From Nautiliaceae bacterium (GTDB taxonomy: Bacteria; Campylobacterota; Campylobacteria; Campylobacterales; Nautiliaceae), in contig JBDONT010000008.1 in NCBI GenBank assembly GCA_039831155.1, forward strand, positions 1-64,000: a DNA stretch of 64,000 nt. Reading direction: 5' to 3'. Of the stretch, positions 9,103 through 19,119 are shown one piece after another (the first letter of the stretch is position 1; each line of letters begins with the position of its first letter). The position numbers and the translations under genes were made by a program. The notes beneath the pieces are model-generated. The model ran no database searches. It had not been told where the DNA came from and saw only the letters and a program-made list of their open reading frames with translations.

Positions 9103-10086
9103 ATGATTTTAGCAATCGAGAGTAGTTGTGACGATTCTTCAATTGCCGTTATGGATTTTGATTTAAAAGTTTTGTTTCATAAAAAAATTTCCCAAGAGCT
9201 TGAACACTCCAAATACGGGGGAGTGGTGCCCGAACTTGCAAGCCGCCTTCACGCTAAGGCTTTACCTAAAATTTTAGAAGAAGCTAAAGAGTTTTTTCCT
9301 TATTTGAAAGCTATAGCCGTTACGAACGCTCCCGGGCTTAGTGTTACTTTACAAGAGGGTGTTATGATGGCTAAAGCTTTAAGTATTGCACTTGATTTAC
9401 CGTTAATTGGAGTAAATCATTTAATAGGCCATATATACTCGGTATTTATAGGAAAAGAGGAGATAAAACCTATAATGGTTTTGCTTGTAAGTGGAGGTCA
9501 TACAAAACTTTTGAATTTTAACGGAATTGAAGATGTATGTGAAATTGCGACTACTCTTGATGATAGTTTTGGAGAGAGTTTTGATAAAGTGGCGAAAATG
9601 CTAAATCTGGGTTATCCGGGCGGTCCTGTTATTGAAAAATTAGCAAAAGATGGAGAAAGTATTGTTACATTGCCTCTGCCTCTTAAAAATTCTCCCGATA
9701 TTAAATTTAGTTATTCCGGAATTAAAAACGCAGTTAGACTTGCAATTGAGAGTGGGAGTTATAAAAAAGAAGATATTGCCGCTAGTTTTCAGAAAAAAGC
9801 GATTGAACATCTTGTGTTTATGAGTAAAAGGGCTGTTAAAAAGTATAGACCTAAACATTTTGCGATTGTAGGAGGGGCTAGTGCCAATTTGTCTCTTAGA
9901 GGAGAATTTGAGAAATTGGCAGATGAGTTCGATTTTAGTCTTTTATACCCTAAAATGGAATATACTTCCGATAATGCGGTTATGATAGCAAGAGCCGGTA
10001 TCGAAATGTATAAAAAAAGAGTTTTTACAAATTATAAAGAGATTAAAATTTTGCCTAGAGTGGAATTTGAAAAATGTGAAGGATGA
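9103..10086 (+). CDS. tsaD: tRNA N6-threonylcarbamoyladenosine synthesis protein TsaD
   Basis: [39 protein letters not shown]. Confidence 0.96.
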   Translation: MILAIESSCDDSSIAVMDFDLKVLFHKKISQELEHSKYGGVVPELASRLHAKALPKILEEAKEFFPYLKAIAVTNAPGLSVTLQEGVMMAKALSIALDLPLIGVNHLIGHIYSVFIGKEEIKPIMVLLVSGGHTKLLNFNGIEDVCEIATTLDDSFGESFDKVAKMLNLGYPGGPVIEKLAKDGESIVTLPLPLKNSPDIKFSYSGIKNAVRLAIESGSYKKEDIAASFQKKAIEHLVFMSKRAVKKYRPKHFAIVGGASANLSLRGEFEKLADEFDFSLLYPKMEYTSDNAVMIARAGIEMYKKRVFTNYKEIKILPRVEFEKCEG

Positions 10087-10103
10087 TACTTAGAAGAAGC
10101 AGA

Positions 10104-10316
10104 TTATAATCTGCTTTCAAATCTTCTAAGCATCCAAAGTTTTCTAAGGATTTTTTTACGAGTCGCGATTTTTTCTTTTTTGCGTCTTTCGCTTGGCGGC
10201 TCGTAGAATCTTCTTTTTCTGATTTCAACGACAATTAGGTTTCTGTCTACTTGTCTTTTGAATTTTCTGTAAGCAGATTCGAAATCTTCTCCCGGATGAA
10301 CTACGATTCCTGGCAC
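10104..10316 (-). CDS. rpsU: 30S ribosomal protein S21
   Basis: PGI...FESAYRKFKRQVDRNLIVVEIRKRRFYEPPS; probable GTG start at 10316. Confidence 0.95.
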   Translation of the reverse strand: MPGIVVHPGEDFESAYRKFKRQVDRNLIVVEIRKRRFYEPPSERRKKEKIATRKKILRKLWMLRRFESRL

Positions 10317-10396
10317 TGCTCTCACCACCTTTCATTTTTTTTGAGAATGAAATTTTATCATAATTTTTGTTAAAATTTAAGTTAAAAAGGGGTTTG

Positions 10397-10916
10397 ATGA
10401 AGAAAATTATTATTTTATTTATATTTTTATTGTTTTTAGGGTGTCAAAAAGAGGATTTTAAAGAAAATTCGGATTTAGGTAATGGTGTTTCAAGCGAATA
10501 TTTAAGTACTACCGATTTTTTAGATTCGTTTTCTAATGATGAAAATAATGATGAAACGGAGATTAAAAGGGTATAATACCTGTTTATTTTTATGATAAAA
10601 CTTTGTAACAGATTATATTAAATCCAAAGGAGATTATTTTATAGTTTTGAATCCCGGTATTATACCGGATAAAAATTATTTTGATATAGCGGATAATATA
10701 GTTGTTTTAGAAAATAATATAAGTGCCGTTAATGAAGTTAATTGCAGTTATTCCGATAAAAGTTCCATAATAGTTTACGGAGCACAAGAGTTTCAAATGG
10801 AGGAAATAGTAAAAAAATATAATTGCGAATATGTGTATGTTACCGATGATTCTTTACCGAATCCTTACGATACTTTGCCGAGTTACTTCGAAGAGGAAAT
10901 TAACGCTTTAAAATGA
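10397..10916 (+). pseudogene. spherulation-specific family 4 (GH135-like) lipoprotein, frameshifted and internally deleted
   Basis: Lipobox FLGC in frame 1 (stop 10576); GIIPVYFYD in a second frame (10570-10608); IVLNPG..YFDIADNIVVLE..YVYVTDD..PNPYDTLPSYF in a third frame. Confidence 0.7.
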
Positions 10917-10943
10917 TATAATTTCAAAAAAAAAAGGTGCTAA

Positions 10944-12581
10944 ATGACAAAATATATTTTTGTAACGGGAGGAGTTTTAAGCTCACTGGGAAAAGGTATA
11001 ACGTCGGCTTCGATTGCTACACTTTTACAACATAGCGGATTTAAAGTATCTATGGTGAAAATAGACCCTTATATCAACGTAGACCCAGGGACTATGAGCC
11101 CTTTTGAACACGGGGAGGTTTTTGTAACGGAAGACGGGGCTGAAACGGACCTTGATATAGGAAATTATGAGAGGTTTTTAAATAAAAATTTAAGTAAAAA
11201 AAACAACTTCACAACTGGTCAGGTATATTTAAGCGTAATAGAAAAAGAACGTCGTGGGGATTATCTTGGAAAAACCGTTCAAATTATTCCTCATATTACC
11301 GATGAGATTAAAAGAAGAATAAAAGAAGTGGCAAAAGATGTTGATATAGTAGTAGTTGAGCTTGGAGGGACTGTCGGGGATATTGAGGGGCTTCCGTTTT
11401 TAGAAGCCGTTAGACAGCTAAAACACGAAGTTGGAAAAACAAACGCTATGTTTGTTCACGTGACGCTTATTCCTTATATAAAAGCGGCCGGTGAGCTTAA
11501 AACAAAACCTACTCAACATAGCGTTCAGGAGCTAAGAAGAATTGGAATTACACCTCATATGCTTGTATGCAGAACCGAAAAATCACTTCCGAAATCATTA
11601 AAAGAAAAACTTGCCGACAGTTGCGATATTGAAAGAGACGCAGTAATAGAAGCGGTGGATGCTCCGACCGTTTATCAAGTGCCTCTTAACTTTTTAAATC
11701 AAGATATTTTAAAACCTATTGCAAATCAGCTTGATTTAGGAGAACTTCATCCGGATATGAGCGAATGGAATTTTATAGTTAAAAAAATAATTTCTCCTCA
11801 AAAAAACGTAAAAATTGCGTTTGTAGGGAAATATTTACAGCTTAAAGAGTCTTATAAGTCGTTAATCGAAGCGTTAATTCACAGTGGGGCTCATCTTGAT
11901 ATGAAAGTGGATATCGAGTGGGTTGACAGTGAGAAACTTGAAAAATTAAGCGATGAAGAGACAGGTGAGATATTTAGTGAAGTAAGTGGAATTTTGGTTG
12001 CCGGTGGATTTGGAGAAAGAGGAGTTGAGGGTAAATTAAAAGCCATTCAATATGCACGTGAAAATAAAATTCCTTATCTTGGAATCTGTCTTGGAATGCA
12101 GCTTGCGGTAATTGAGTTTGCAAGAAATGTACTTGGGCTTAAATATGCAAATTCTCAAGAGTTTGACCCGGATACTAGTGAACCGGTGGTTTATCTGATT
12201 GACGAATTTATAGACGCAAACGGACAAAAGCAGCTTAGAACTCACAAATCGCCTCTTGGCGGGACTATGAGACTTGGAGGGTATGAGTGTTTGATTGAAA
12301 AAAATACAAAACTTCACGACGCTTATAAATCGGATAAAGTGATAGAAAGACATAGACACAGATACGAAGTAAACGGGGCTTATGAAGAAGCTTTAAGAGA
12401 AAAAGGTATGATAGTAAGTGGAAAAAGCAAAGAAGGACTTATTGAAGCAGTTGAAATTAAAGACCATCCTTGGTTTGTAGGGGTTCAATTTCATCCGGAA
12501 TTTACGAATAAATTAAAATTACCGAATAAAGTTATTATGTCATTTGTGGAGAACGCTTATAAATGTCAAAGAAGTTGTTAA
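10944..12581 (+). CDS. pyrG: CTP synthase
   Basis: [33 protein letters not shown]. Confidence 0.99.
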   Translation: MTKYIFVTGGVLSSLGKGITSASIATLLQHSGFKVSMVKIDPYINVDPGTMSPFEHGEVFVTEDGAETDLDIGNYERFLNKNLSKKNNFTTGQVYLSVIEKERRGDYLGKTVQIIPHITDEIKRRIKEVAKDVDIVVVELGGTVGDIEGLPFLEAVRQLKHEVGKTNAMFVHVTLIPYIKAAGELKTKPTQHSVQELRRIGITPHMLVCRTEKSLPKSLKEKLADSCDIERDAVIEAVDAPTVYQVPLNFLNQDILKPIANQLDLGELHPDMSEWNFIVKKIISPQKNVKIAFVGKYLQLKESYKSLIEALIHSGAHLDMKVDIEWVDSEKLEKLSDEETGEIFSEVSGILVAGGFGERGVEGKLKAIQYARENKIPYLGICLGMQLAVIEFARNVLGLKYANSQEFDPDTSEPVVYLIDEFIDANGQKQLRTHKSPLGGTMRLGGYECLIEKNTKLHDAYKSDKVIERHRHRYEVNGAYEEALREKGMIVSGKSKEGLIEAVEIKDHPWFVGVQFHPEFTNKLKLPNKVIMSFVENAYKCQRSC

Positions 12582-12584
12582 TTA

Positions 12585-14120
12585 ATGCTTACTAAATCAA
12601 AAATAAAAGAGATACTCTCAAGTAGAATTGAAGAGCTTTGCTCTTTAAATCTTCCTCACTTTTCTTTACTTTCTAATTTAAATGAAGGTGTTGAACTTTT
12701 AGTCTCTCACATTAATAAAAATTCAAAAATAACGGTTGTAGGGGATTATGATGTGGACGGTGTTAGTAGCAGTGCCGTAATGAAACTTTTTTTTGAAAAG
12801 ATAGGCGTGGATGTAGAGATTATAATTCCAGATAGATTTGAAGACGGATATGGTCTTAGTGTAGGGCTTCTTGATAAACTAAACGCCGATTTAATTATTA
12901 CCGTTGATAACGGGATTACATCTTTTGAGGCTGCTAGGGAGTGTAAAAAAAGAGGTATTGATTTGATAATTACAGACCATCATACCCCGGTTGTAGAAAA
13001 TGGAGAAATAAAACTCCCCGATGCTTTGGTAATTAATCCTAAAACATCTCCGGATTTTCCTTTTAAAGAGATTTGTGGGGCTGAAGTGGCGTGGTATTTT
13101 TGTGCCGGAATAAAAGCTAAGTTAAAAGAAAAAATAGATTTAAGGGAGTTTAGCGATATTTTATCGATTGCAATTATTGCAGACGTTATGCCGCTTACCC
13201 ATATGAACAGAACCCTTGTAAATATGGGACTTAAGAGGTTGAATTTAGCTTTAAAGCCTTTTTCAAAAGCTTTAAAAAGGTTTTTTAATAAAGATTTTAC
13301 GAGTGAGGATATAGCTTTTCAGATAGCACCTAGGATTAATGCGGCGGGAAGAATGGCTAATGCTAAAGTGGCTTATGAATTTTTTGTAAGTAAAGATGAA
13401 AACAGAGCGTATGAACTTTTAATGGAGCTTGATTCTTTTAATAATTTGAGAAAAGAGAGTGAAAATGAGGTTTTAGAGGCTATAGGTAAGGTTGACGGGG
13501 ATTTTATTGTAGTTAAAGGGGATTTTCACGAGGGGGTGATAGGAATTGTTGCTAGCAGGCTTGTGAATAGATACAAAAAACCGGCTATTGTATTTTCTTC
13601 TAAAAAGGGCGGAATTTTAAAAGGAAGTGGAAGAAGCCTTGGGAATATTGATATTTTTAAGCTTATTAGTGGATGTGAAGATTTGCTTGAGGGGTTTGGT
13701 GGGCATAAGATGGCTTGTGGGCTTAGCGTGAAAGAGGAGAATTTTTCTTTGTTAAAAGAGAAATTAAACGCCCTTTTAAAAAATTATAATGAAGATGATT
13801 TTTTTATAGAGGATTATGTTTTAGGGGAGTTGCCTTTTAGAGAGATTGACTTGGAACTTCTTGATATTTTAAAGGAGTTTGAGCCTTTTGGAGAGGGAAA
13901 CCCAAAACCTAAGTTTATAACTACTGCAAAAGTCAAGCATATTCAAAATTTAAAAGATAATCACTATAAACTCATTCTTTCTCAAGACGATATAATTTTG
14001 CCGGCTGTGATTTTTAGGTATGACGGGGAGTTTGATGAGGTTATTACGTTTAAATTTAGTGTGGGGGAGAATAATTATTATCAAAGAAGCGTTCAGATTA
14101 TGATTGAGGAGATATTATGA
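12585..14120 (+). CDS. recJ: single-stranded DNA exonuclease RecJ
   Basis: GDYDVDG, ITVDNG, TDHH, APRINAAGR, FGGHKMACG; adjacent to pyrG. Confidence 0.96.
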   Translation: MLTKSKIKEILSSRIEELCSLNLPHFSLLSNLNEGVELLVSHINKNSKITVVGDYDVDGVSSSAVMKLFFEKIGVDVEIIIPDRFEDGYGLSVGLLDKLNADLIITVDNGITSFEAARECKKRGIDLIITDHHTPVVENGEIKLPDALVINPKTSPDFPFKEICGAEVAWYFCAGIKAKLKEKIDLREFSDILSIAIIADVMPLTHMNRTLVNMGLKRLNLALKPFSKALKRFFNKDFTSEDIAFQIAPRINAAGRMANAKVAYEFFVSKDENRAYELLMELDSFNNLRKESENEVLEAIGKVDGDFIVVKGDFHEGVIGIVASRLVNRYKKPAIVFSSKKGGILKGSGRSLGNIDIFKLISGCEDLLEGFGGHKMACGLSVKEENFSLLKEKLNALLKNYNEDDFFIEDYVLGELPFREIDLELLDILKEFEPFGEGNPKPKFITTAKVKHIQNLKDNHYKLILSQDDIILPAVIFRYDGEFDEVITFKFSVGENNYYQRSVQIMIEEIL

Positions 14121-14578
14121 ACCACTCTATATTTAAAGCTTTAAAAGAAGATGAAATAAAAGAGGTTTTGCCTTATTTTGAAGAAGTTGATATAAAAGAA
14201 AACGAATATATCGTAAAAGAGGGTGAGTATTCGGAAAGTGCTTTTATTTTGCTTGAGGGGGAAGTTATTGTCAGAAAAGATACGATTTACAAGGATGAGT
14301 ATATTTTAACCGAAATAAAAGCGGGAGGCGATGAGTTTTTCGGGGAAGTGAATTTAATAGACAGAGGTTTAGTAACTTCAACTATTAAGACGAAAACTCC
14401 TTGTAAAATATTAAGAATAACCCATAACGATTTTGTGAATTTAATGGAAGAAAAACCGAAAATCGCCACTAAGCTTTTATGGGTTATCGCTTATAACATA
14501 ACAGGACATTTAAGAAAAGCAGATAGTGACGTTATAGCGTTGTTTAACGCTTTTGTAGAGGTGGTTGAGAATGATTGA
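14117..14578 (+). CDS. stand-alone cyclic-nucleotide-binding domain protein
   Basis: IVKEGE..AFILLEGEV..FFGEVNLID; no C-terminal HTH. Confidence 0.85.
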   Translation: MNHSIFKALKEDEIKEVLPYFEEVDIKENEYIVKEGEYSESAFILLEGEVIVRKDTIYKDEYILTEIKAGGDEFFGEVNLIDRGLVTSTIKTKTPCKILRITHNDFVNLMEEKPKIATKLLWVIAYNITGHLRKADSDVIALFNAFVEVVEND

Positions 14579-15284
14579 AGTTGTGACAAAAGACGGGTCT
14601 TTAACTTTAAAAAGCGAAAAATATAACGAGTGTTACCATTCAAGCGAGGGGGCTTATACGGAGTCTTTGTTTAAGCACGTAAAACCCGGATTTGAAGCGG
14701 CTGGGAAATTTGACTATTATGATAACGAAATAAGAATTTTGGATATATGTTTCGGGCTGGGTTATAATACTTTAACTGCTATTTTACATAAACCAAAAGG
14801 TGTAAAACTTAAAATATTCTCACCCGAGCTTGACGAAGAGCTTGTAAGGTCTTTAAAAGATTTTAAGTATCCTAAAGAGTTTGAGAAGTTAAGAGATATT
14901 ATAAGGGATGTTAGTAAAAATTTGACTTATAAAGACAGTGAAATAGAAATTGAAGTGGCTATAGATGATGCCAGAAACTATATAAAAACCCTTAAAGGCT
15001 TTGATATCGTTTATCAAGATGCCTTTTCTCCTAAAGTGAATAAAGAACTTTGGACGTTTGAGTATTTTAAAGAGATTGTCTGTAAACTTAACAAAAATGG
15101 TATAATTACCACCTATAGTGTTGCAACTCCCGTTAGGTGTGCTTTTTATAAGCTTAATATGAATATTTACACTCATCCTTACGATAATATAAGAAAAGGG
15201 ACTATCGCCAGTTATTGTGAGCTTGATTTTGAAAAAGTCGATTTTGAAGAGAAATTAAAAAGAGTTGATTGCTACGTTTATTAA
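14571..15284 (+). CDS. MnmC-type (MnmD) tRNA mnm5s2U34 methyltransferase domain protein
   Basis: TKDGSLTL..YNECYHS..GA, LDICFGLGYN, YQDAFSPKVNKELWT. Confidence 0.85.
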   Translation: MIEVVTKDGSLTLKSEKYNECYHSSEGAYTESLFKHVKPGFEAAGKFDYYDNEIRILDICFGLGYNTLTAILHKPKGVKLKIFSPELDEELVRSLKDFKYPKEFEKLRDIIRDVSKNLTYKDSEIEIEVAIDDARNYIKTLKGFDIVYQDAFSPKVNKELWTFEYFKEIVCKLNKNGIITTYSVATPVRCAFYKLNMNIYTHPYDNIRKGTIASYCELDFEKVDFEEKLKRVDCYVY

Positions 15285-15295
15285 AAGGGGGTATT

Positions 15296-16201
15296 TTGAG
15301 AGTTTTAATACTATTTTTTGCAACTTTTTTATTGGCGGATTTGATTCAACCGATAAAACCGGTTAAGTTTGATTTACAAAAAGCTTTACTGGGTAAAGAG
15401 CTTTTTTTTGATAAAAACTTTTCTGCGGATAAAAACATAAGTTGTGCCAGTTGTCATAATCCTACGGTAGGGTGGGCTGATAGAAGGAAAGTATCTGTAG
15501 GGGTTTTCGGCAGAAAAGGTAATATTCAATCTCCTACCGTTTTGAATGCCGTTTTTAATTTTAGACAGTTTTGGAACGGAAGAGCTAAAGATTTAAAAGA
15601 ACAAATAAGAGGACCGGTATGTGATTATGATGAAATGGGATTAAGTATAAAAACGATAGAAAAAATTCTCAATTCTTCTCCTTATAAAGAGAAGTTTCAA
15701 AAAATTTATCATAAGAAATATATAACGTACGATATGTTTGCCGATAGTGTGGCTGAATTTGAGAAAGCGTTGGTAACGCCGAATAGTAAATTCGATAGAT
15801 TTTTAAGAAAAGAGGTTAATTTAACACAAGAGGAAAAAAGAGGATATTTTTTATTTAAAAGATACGGATGTATCACTTGTCACAACGGTATAAATATAGG
15901 CGGTAATTCTTTTCAGAAAATGGGAGTTATTTTTCCTTTGAAAAAATGTGTGGGCGACAGATTCGAGATTACTCACAAATCTTTTGATAAATGTTTATAT
16001 AAAGTGCCTACTTTAAGAAATATAGCTTTGACGGCACCTTATTTTCATAATGCTAGTGCTGATAATTTATATGATGCAATTCAAGAAATGGCTTATAGAA
16101 ATTTAGGATTTAAGTTTGATAAAAAAGATGCTTTGGCAATTGAAGCGTTTTTAAAAACTTTAACCGGTAAAATTCCGGAAATAATGAAAGAAGGAAGATG
16201 A
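15296..16201 (+). CDS. di-heme cytochrome c peroxidase family protein
   Basis: Signal peptide, CASCH and CITCH heme motifs, QFWNGRA, KVPTLRNIALTAPYFH; TTG start inferred. Confidence 0.9.
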   Translation: MRVLILFFATFLLADLIQPIKPVKFDLQKALLGKELFFDKNFSADKNISCASCHNPTVGWADRRKVSVGVFGRKGNIQSPTVLNAVFNFRQFWNGRAKDLKEQIRGPVCDYDEMGLSIKTIEKILNSSPYKEKFQKIYHKKYITYDMFADSVAEFEKALVTPNSKFDRFLRKEVNLTQEEKRGYFLFKRYGCITCHNGINIGGNSFQKMGVIFPLKKCVGDRFEITHKSFDKCLYKVPTLRNIALTAPYFHNASADNLYDAIQEMAYRNLGFKFDKKDALAIEAFLKTLTGKIPEIMKEGR

Positions 16202-18309
16202 AACAAGGGGTAAATTTCAAAATAAAATTGTATCTTATTATAATATTCGGTTTAAGCGTAGTCGCTTTGATTTATAAATTCAATACTTATACTCAATCTT
16301 ACTTTTTGGAAAATAATAAAATTCAAAAAGAGTTTAGCGAAATAAAGGGTAAAGAATTAAAACTTAAATATAATATATTAATTACCGGTCTTTATATGTA
16401 TGTAAATAACGATTTGGTAATTCAATCGATTAGGAATTTGAGAAGAGAAATTAAAGAATTGTTAAATAATAGTTATTTTAAATTTCAGTATCCACAACTT
16501 TATAAAGAATTTCTTAAATATAATGACCTAATAGATAAAAAAGTCGATTTAATTTATGAATTCGAAACTTTAAACGCTCCTATTAAAAATTCAATTATGT
16601 ATTTGGCAAATTTATTGGATGATTTACCGGAGATTAATGTTAAAAAAAACGAACGTGAGTTTAAAAAAAATAATATTTATGCAAAAAAAACAATAGATGT
16701 GATTTCTTCTATATTTTTGGCTAGAAATAGTTTTGATAAAGATTTTATTAAAAATTTGGACTATAAGTTTTTTGAGAATTATAAAACCGATAATGAAGAA
16801 TTTCAAAAATTTAATAAAGTTTTCGTAGCAAATTTAAACGTGTTTGTTAATCTTTTTCCAAGATATGTATTTTTGCTTAAGAAAATTACCGATAATAAAA
16901 GTATAGAATTTTTAGAAAAAATTCAATCCGAACATTTAAAATTAATAAACGATAAAATTATTATTATAAAAATTGTTTCTTATGTATTGATGACTTTTGT
17001 TTTGTTTTCTATGAGTATTGTGGTGTTTTTGATGTTTAGACTTCAAAGAGATTATACTCAACTTAAAAAACTTAACGAAGAGTTGCATTATTCTTATACG
17101 GTTGATAAATTAACGGGTCTTTATAATAGAAATAAATTTGAAGAAGATTTGAAAGTTTATAAGAATCCTTTACTATTTTTAGTAAATATAGATAAATTTA
17201 AAAATATCAACGATTATTACGGAGTTAAAATAGGAGATGAAGTTTTAAAAAAAGTTGCTTCTTATTTAAAAGAAATTGTTGATATAAAAGTCGATTTTTA
17301 CAGATTAGGAGCTGATGATTTCGGTATTTTATGTGAAAAAGAGAATGTAAATATAGAAAAAACGGCTTTAAAAATTATTAATTTTTTTGATAAAAAAGAG
17401 TTTTTGATAGATGAAGTTGCTTTTCATATAAGTGTAAGCATAGGAATTAGTAGTATTCCTCCTTTAATAGAAAATGCCGATATAGCTTTGAAAAACGTTA
17501 AAAAGTCTTCCAGAATCAAATATATGATATTCGATTCTAAAATGGATGTAAAATCGGAAATAGAAAAAAATATTAAAAAAGCTAATATTTTATACAAAGC
17601 TATTTCCCAAGCTCAAATAGTTCCTTATTTTCAGCCTATTGTAAATACTTTTACAAAAAGTACCGAAAAATATGAGGTGTTGGCTAGAATTATTCACGAT
17701 TTTAAAGTGGAATCCATTTATCCTTATTTGCAAATTGCTAAGGATAATAAATTATATGCGGATATTACTGAACTTATTTTAATGCAGACTTATGAAATTT
17801 TAAAAGAGAATAAAGAGTTAAAAGTTAACGTAAATGTTTCTATAGACGATATTTTGGATGATGATATTTTTTCTTTAATAAAAAAATATTATTTGGAAGA
17901 GAGTGAAATTTCAAGGAGAATTACTTTTGAAATATTGGAAAGTGAAGCCGTAAATGATTATAAAGAGATTAGGGAGTTTGTAAGTGAAGTGAAAAAATAC
18001 AACGCTTCGGTTGCGATTGACGATTTCGGAAGCGGATATTCAAATTTCGAACATTTAATAAATCTTGATATTGATTATTTAAAGGTTGACGGAAGTTTGA
18101 TTAAAAATATTCATACCAATAAAAACGCTTATGAAGCAGTTAAAATTATATCCTTATTCGCTAAAAATCTTAATGTAAAAACGGTTGCCGAGTTTGTAGC
18201 GAATAAAGAAATTTATGAAAAGGTAAAAGAAATAGGACTTGATTATTCTCAAGGATTTTATTTTTCCGAACCTAAATCGTATTTGAATAGTGACGCTAAA
18301 AATATATGA
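16198..18309 (+). CDS. membrane-anchored GGDEF-EAL protein with helical periplasmic (DAHL-like) sensor; likely c-di-GMP phosphodiesterase
   Basis: Two TM helices flank a ~230-aa periplasmic domain; DKLTGLYNR, degenerate GADDF, EVLAR, IDDFGSGYSNF, VAEFV. Confidence 0.88.
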   Translation: MKQGVNFKIKLYLIIIFGLSVVALIYKFNTYTQSYFLENNKIQKEFSEIKGKELKLKYNILITGLYMYVNNDLVIQSIRNLRREIKELLNNSYFKFQYPQLYKEFLKYNDLIDKKVDLIYEFETLNAPIKNSIMYLANLLDDLPEINVKKNEREFKKNNIYAKKTIDVISSIFLARNSFDKDFIKNLDYKFFENYKTDNEEFQKFNKVFVANLNVFVNLFPRYVFLLKKITDNKSIEFLEKIQSEHLKLINDKIIIIKIVSYVLMTFVLFSMSIVVFLMFRLQRDYTQLKKLNEELHYSYTVDKLTGLYNRNKFEEDLKVYKNPLLFLVNIDKFKNINDYYGVKIGDEVLKKVASYLKEIVDIKVDFYRLGADDFGILCEKENVNIEKTALKIINFFDKKEFLIDEVAFHISVSIGISSIPPLIENADIALKNVKKSSRIKYMIFDSKMDVKSEIEKNIKKANILYKAISQAQIVPYFQPIVNTFTKSTEKYEVLARIIHDFKVESIYPYLQIAKDNKLYADITELILMQTYEILKENKELKVNVNVSIDDILDDDIFSLIKKYYLEESEISRRITFEILESEAVNDYKEIREFVSEVKKYNASVAIDDFGSGYSNFEHLINLDIDYLKVDGSLIKNIHTNKNAYEAVKIISLFAKNLNVKTVAEFVANKEIYEKVKEIGLDYSQGFYFSEPKSYLNSDAKNI

Positions 18310-18399
18310 AAGTGATATTAAAATTACATTTTTAATATATAATTAATTTTTTTATCGTATAATTTTAATCCCCCCCCTTTTTCATCCTTTCTCCTTTTA

Positions 18400-18729
18400 T
18401 TAAAAGGAAATATTTTCGAGAAATTCCATTTCTTCTCCTTTTACAATTATTGCGTCAATACAAAAAGGAGAATCGATTTTTTTTAGTTTTAAAAACAGAT
18501 AAACACTTTTTATGATTCTGTTTAGTTTAGTAGGAGTTATATTGTAGATAGGTTCGAAGTTTTTACCGCTTTTTACTTCTACAAAGTGAAATACTCCGTC
18601 TTTATAAGCTATTATGTCTATTTCACCGAATTTTGTGTAAAAGTTTGTTGTAATTATTTTAAAGTTTTTATTTTTTAAAAATTCACACGCTTTTTTTTCG
18701 GCAATTGTTCCTTTTTTACGCGTATTCAT
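18400..18729 (-). CDS. YraN (UPF0102) family protein
   Basis: KGTIAEKKA, GEIDIIA, FVEVK. Confidence 0.92.
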   Translation of the reverse strand: MNTRKKGTIAEKKACEFLKNKNFKIITTNFYTKFGEIDIIAYKDGVFHFVEVKSGKNFEPIYNITPTKLNRIIKSVYLFLKLKKIDSPFCIDAIIVKGEEMEFLENISF

Positions 18730-19081
18730 TTAAAACCTTTATATGTTTGGGTGGAATTTTGGAGATTTTATTCTCTTTCATATAAGCTAAATTTACTTCT
18801 AAAGTGAAAATTTTTTCATCTTCTTTGAAAATTTCTTGCAAGATTTTTACACTTGCTTTTTTAATTTGAATCACTTTTGTTTTTATTTCTATAATTTCTC
18901 CTAGTTTTGCAGATTTGATATATTTTGCATTTAAGGAAGTAACAACAAAGCCCTCATTTTCAAAGAAGATATTGTGTTTGAAAAATATTTCGCTTCTTGC
19001 TTGTTCGCAAAATTTTATATATTCGGTGTGATAAACAATTCCTGCGGCGTCTGTTGAATCGTAATATATTCTTCTTTTCAT
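18716..19081 (-). CDS. ybgC: YbgC/FadM-family acyl-CoA thioesterase
   Basis: RIYYDSTDAAGIVYHTEYIKFCEQARSE; ATG at 19081. Confidence 0.88.
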   Translation of the reverse strand: MKRRIYYDSTDAAGIVYHTEYIKFCEQARSEIFFKHNIFFENEGFVVTSLNAKYIKSAKLGEIIEIKTKVIQIKKASVKILQEIFKEDEKIFTLEVNLAYMKENKISKIPPKHIKVLNEYA

Positions 19082-19119
19082 CTCAATCCTTTTGTATAAT
19101 TTTAACAAAAAGGTTTAAA

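Noticed and set aside
11452..11466. parS-like core TCACGTGA within pyrG
   Set aside because: Flanks do not complete the 16-bp TGTTTCACGTGAAACA palindrome; explained by coding sequence
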